Below, one piece after another: positions 62,356 through 64,000 of a stretch of DNA of 64,000 nt. The DNA is from Massalongia carnosa (Eukaryota): assembly GCA_965645245.1 (NCBI GenBank), contig OZ287069.1, positions 2,604,001-2,668,000 on the forward strand, read 5' to 3'. Positions within the stretch are counted from its first letter, which is position 1. Every line of letters starts with the position of its first letter. The notes below the pieces were generated by a model. It was given only the letters and a program-made list of their open reading frames with translations, had not been told where the DNA came from and made no database searches. A program made the translations under genes and the position numbers.

Positions 62356-63030
62356 TTAGAATTTGTCGTATTTGATTCTTCTGGTCATAGAAGAATTCGA
62401 GCTGGCATCTATAGAGTTTACCGCATTCTTAGCATTTGCTTTCTCTTGATTCTTTTGGTCATAAAAGAGCCAGAGTTAGCATTTACAGAGTTTGCGAGAC
62501 AGAACAAGCTTGGTTGTTTCCAGATCTTGTCTTACGCATTCTTAGCATTTGTTGCGACTTGGTTCTTTTGGTCATAAAGGAACTTGAGCCAGCATTTACA
62601 GAGTTTGCAGCATTCTTAGCATCTGTTTCCTCTCGATTCTTTTGGACATAAAAGATCGGGGTTAGCAGTTACAGAGTTTGCCAGACGCATTCTTAGCATT
62701 TGTCGCGATTTAATTCTTCTGGTCATTGAGGAATTCGAGTTCGACATTTACAGAGGTTGCAGCATCCTTAGCATTTGTTCTCTCTCGATTCTTTTGGTCA
62801 TAAAAGAGTCAGAGTTAGCATTTACAAAGTTTGCTAAAAAGAACGGATTCACTTCTTTTTAACTCTCGACATATGCATTCTTAGCATTTTTTGATTCGGT
62901 TCTTTTGGTCATAGAAGTATTCGGATCGATATTTACAGAGTTTGCAGCATCCTTAGCATTTGTTTTCTCTTGATTCTTTTGGTCTTAAAAGAATCAGGGG
63001 TCAACATTTACAGAGTTTGCTCGAGAGAAC
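62356..63030. repeat. Degenerate tandem array of ~74-nt units with higher-order structure
   Basis: Core GCAT(T/C)CTTAGCAT(T/C)T at 62423, 62536, 62610, 62687, 62762, 62875 and 62947, plus a partial unit at ~62356. Each core is followed by TTCTT(T/C)TGG(T/A)C and ATTTACAGAGTTTGC variants. Confidence 0.9.
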
Positions 63031-63095
63031 GGACTTACTTATTCTCACATCAATATTTCATGGGATCTTTTCGCCGCCGGGAGCTGTTAGGAACC

Positions 63096-64000
63096 ATGCC
63101 GACGTTTATGGAGATGCAAGTTGTTTTGTTTTGGGGGATAATCTCAGCAATCATGGAACGTGTTATCAGTGTATATTTATTCATCGAATCACATTTCGAG
63201 AGAGAGAAAGATTTTGAGAAACTTGACGACCTCTATAGAGTAAGTGTTGGAACTTCCTCATACTCGTAAACTTCATAGCTAACACATCATTTTAGTTCGT
63301 CATGTTTTATGGTGTCAAATTCTTGTGCTGTCTTCTCTTCGTCGCCTGTTTGCTTGTATGTACCTGGTACAAATGGCCAATTGAGCGGATTTCTCGCGAG
63401 GACTTACGACAAACAAAAGAGCATGCTCTAGCGAAGGCCAAGCTGCTCGAACAAGAAAACGCCAGGCTTCACGGGATGGCTCTGCGGGCAGATCAACACC
63501 GAATGAACTGGATGCAAGAACACGCCAAGGTTGCGACCGAAAAGATCATACTTGGCAACCAAATCGCAAATATGGAGTTGAAGCTCGCAGAAGTCCCCCG
63601 TCTAGAAGCGGACATCGAGGCTTTGGAGGAAAGCCTCGAGCGCGCACACTGCTGGAAAAGAGGAAACTGGGAGGATGATTTCACGGTACTCAAGCGCAAA
63701 GCGGCAAGATTTGCCGCTGATGCGCGAGAGGCCGAGCAATCATTGTCCGAGTTCCAATCGGAGTCGCTCTCGAAGCTAACCAAGGTGCGAAAGGAGCGGG
63801 ACGAAGCTGTACGAAAGCTTAAGACCGCTACCAATTGCAACCATCAGGACCTGTTTGAGCGCACGAACGCTCAAAACAAGGAGATCGTTCGCCTGAGGAA
63901 AACCTTGCTAGCCGAGAGAGCGGCTTCCCACGACCGCCTGGCGGAGAGGATGTCCGAGAGCAGCCAGCTCCAGTGGGATCTCAAAGCGGAACAGCTCCAC
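63096..64000 (+). CDS. Membrane-anchored coiled-coil protein, runs off the window end (start may be 63060)
   Basis: Exon MPTFMEMQVVLFWGIISAIM..., intron GTAAGT..CTAAC..TTTAG (~63240-63295), then hydrophobic FVMFYGVKFLCCLLFVACLLVCTW and an open E/K/R/A/L-rich heptad region to 64000. Confidence 0.72.

Noticed and set aside
62356..63030. CRISPR-like appearance of the repeat array
   Set aside because: Eukaryotic context, no cas genes, degenerate repeats, and 'spacers' homologous to one another.

Overview
Intron-containing eukaryotic DNA from a filamentous ascomycete fungus (GT..AG introns with CTRAC/CTAAC-type branch points, a Zn2Cys6 transcription factor, Tad-clade LINEs). The window has two halves. 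About 1-33.6 kb is a transposon-rich, rearranged block built around a large inverted segmental duplication (left arm ~2100-8326, right arm ~26163-31233). Each arm carries an apparently intact calpain-like cysteine protease gene. The two copies are nearly identical except for a 48-nt patch with 9 substitutions, all non-synonymous, and scattered amino-acid changes. The arms carry different LTR-type insertions (a TRIM with identical LTRs, a truncated Copia, a solo LTR), all within ~70 bp of the same homologous spot. The spacer holds a dead piggyBac, YSC84/LSB3, a CUE-Smr gene, a deleted proline iminopeptidase with a full-length LINE inserted just before its stop codon, and a piggyBac/MULE/Tc1 junction. 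About 33.6-64 kb is ordinary gene-dense sequence: CENP-K-like, KH-domain, BTB, ABM-barrel, Zn2Cys6 TF, histidine phosphatase, alpha/beta hydrolase, a 47-aa membrane microprotein, a Cys-rich protein, Lys-tRNA synthetase, a dynamin-like GTPase, COX15 and BCKDH E1-beta. It ends in a hierarchical ~74-nt tandem array in front of a membrane coiled-coil gene. All calls come from manual reading. No searches or alignments were run, and exon limits are approximate.
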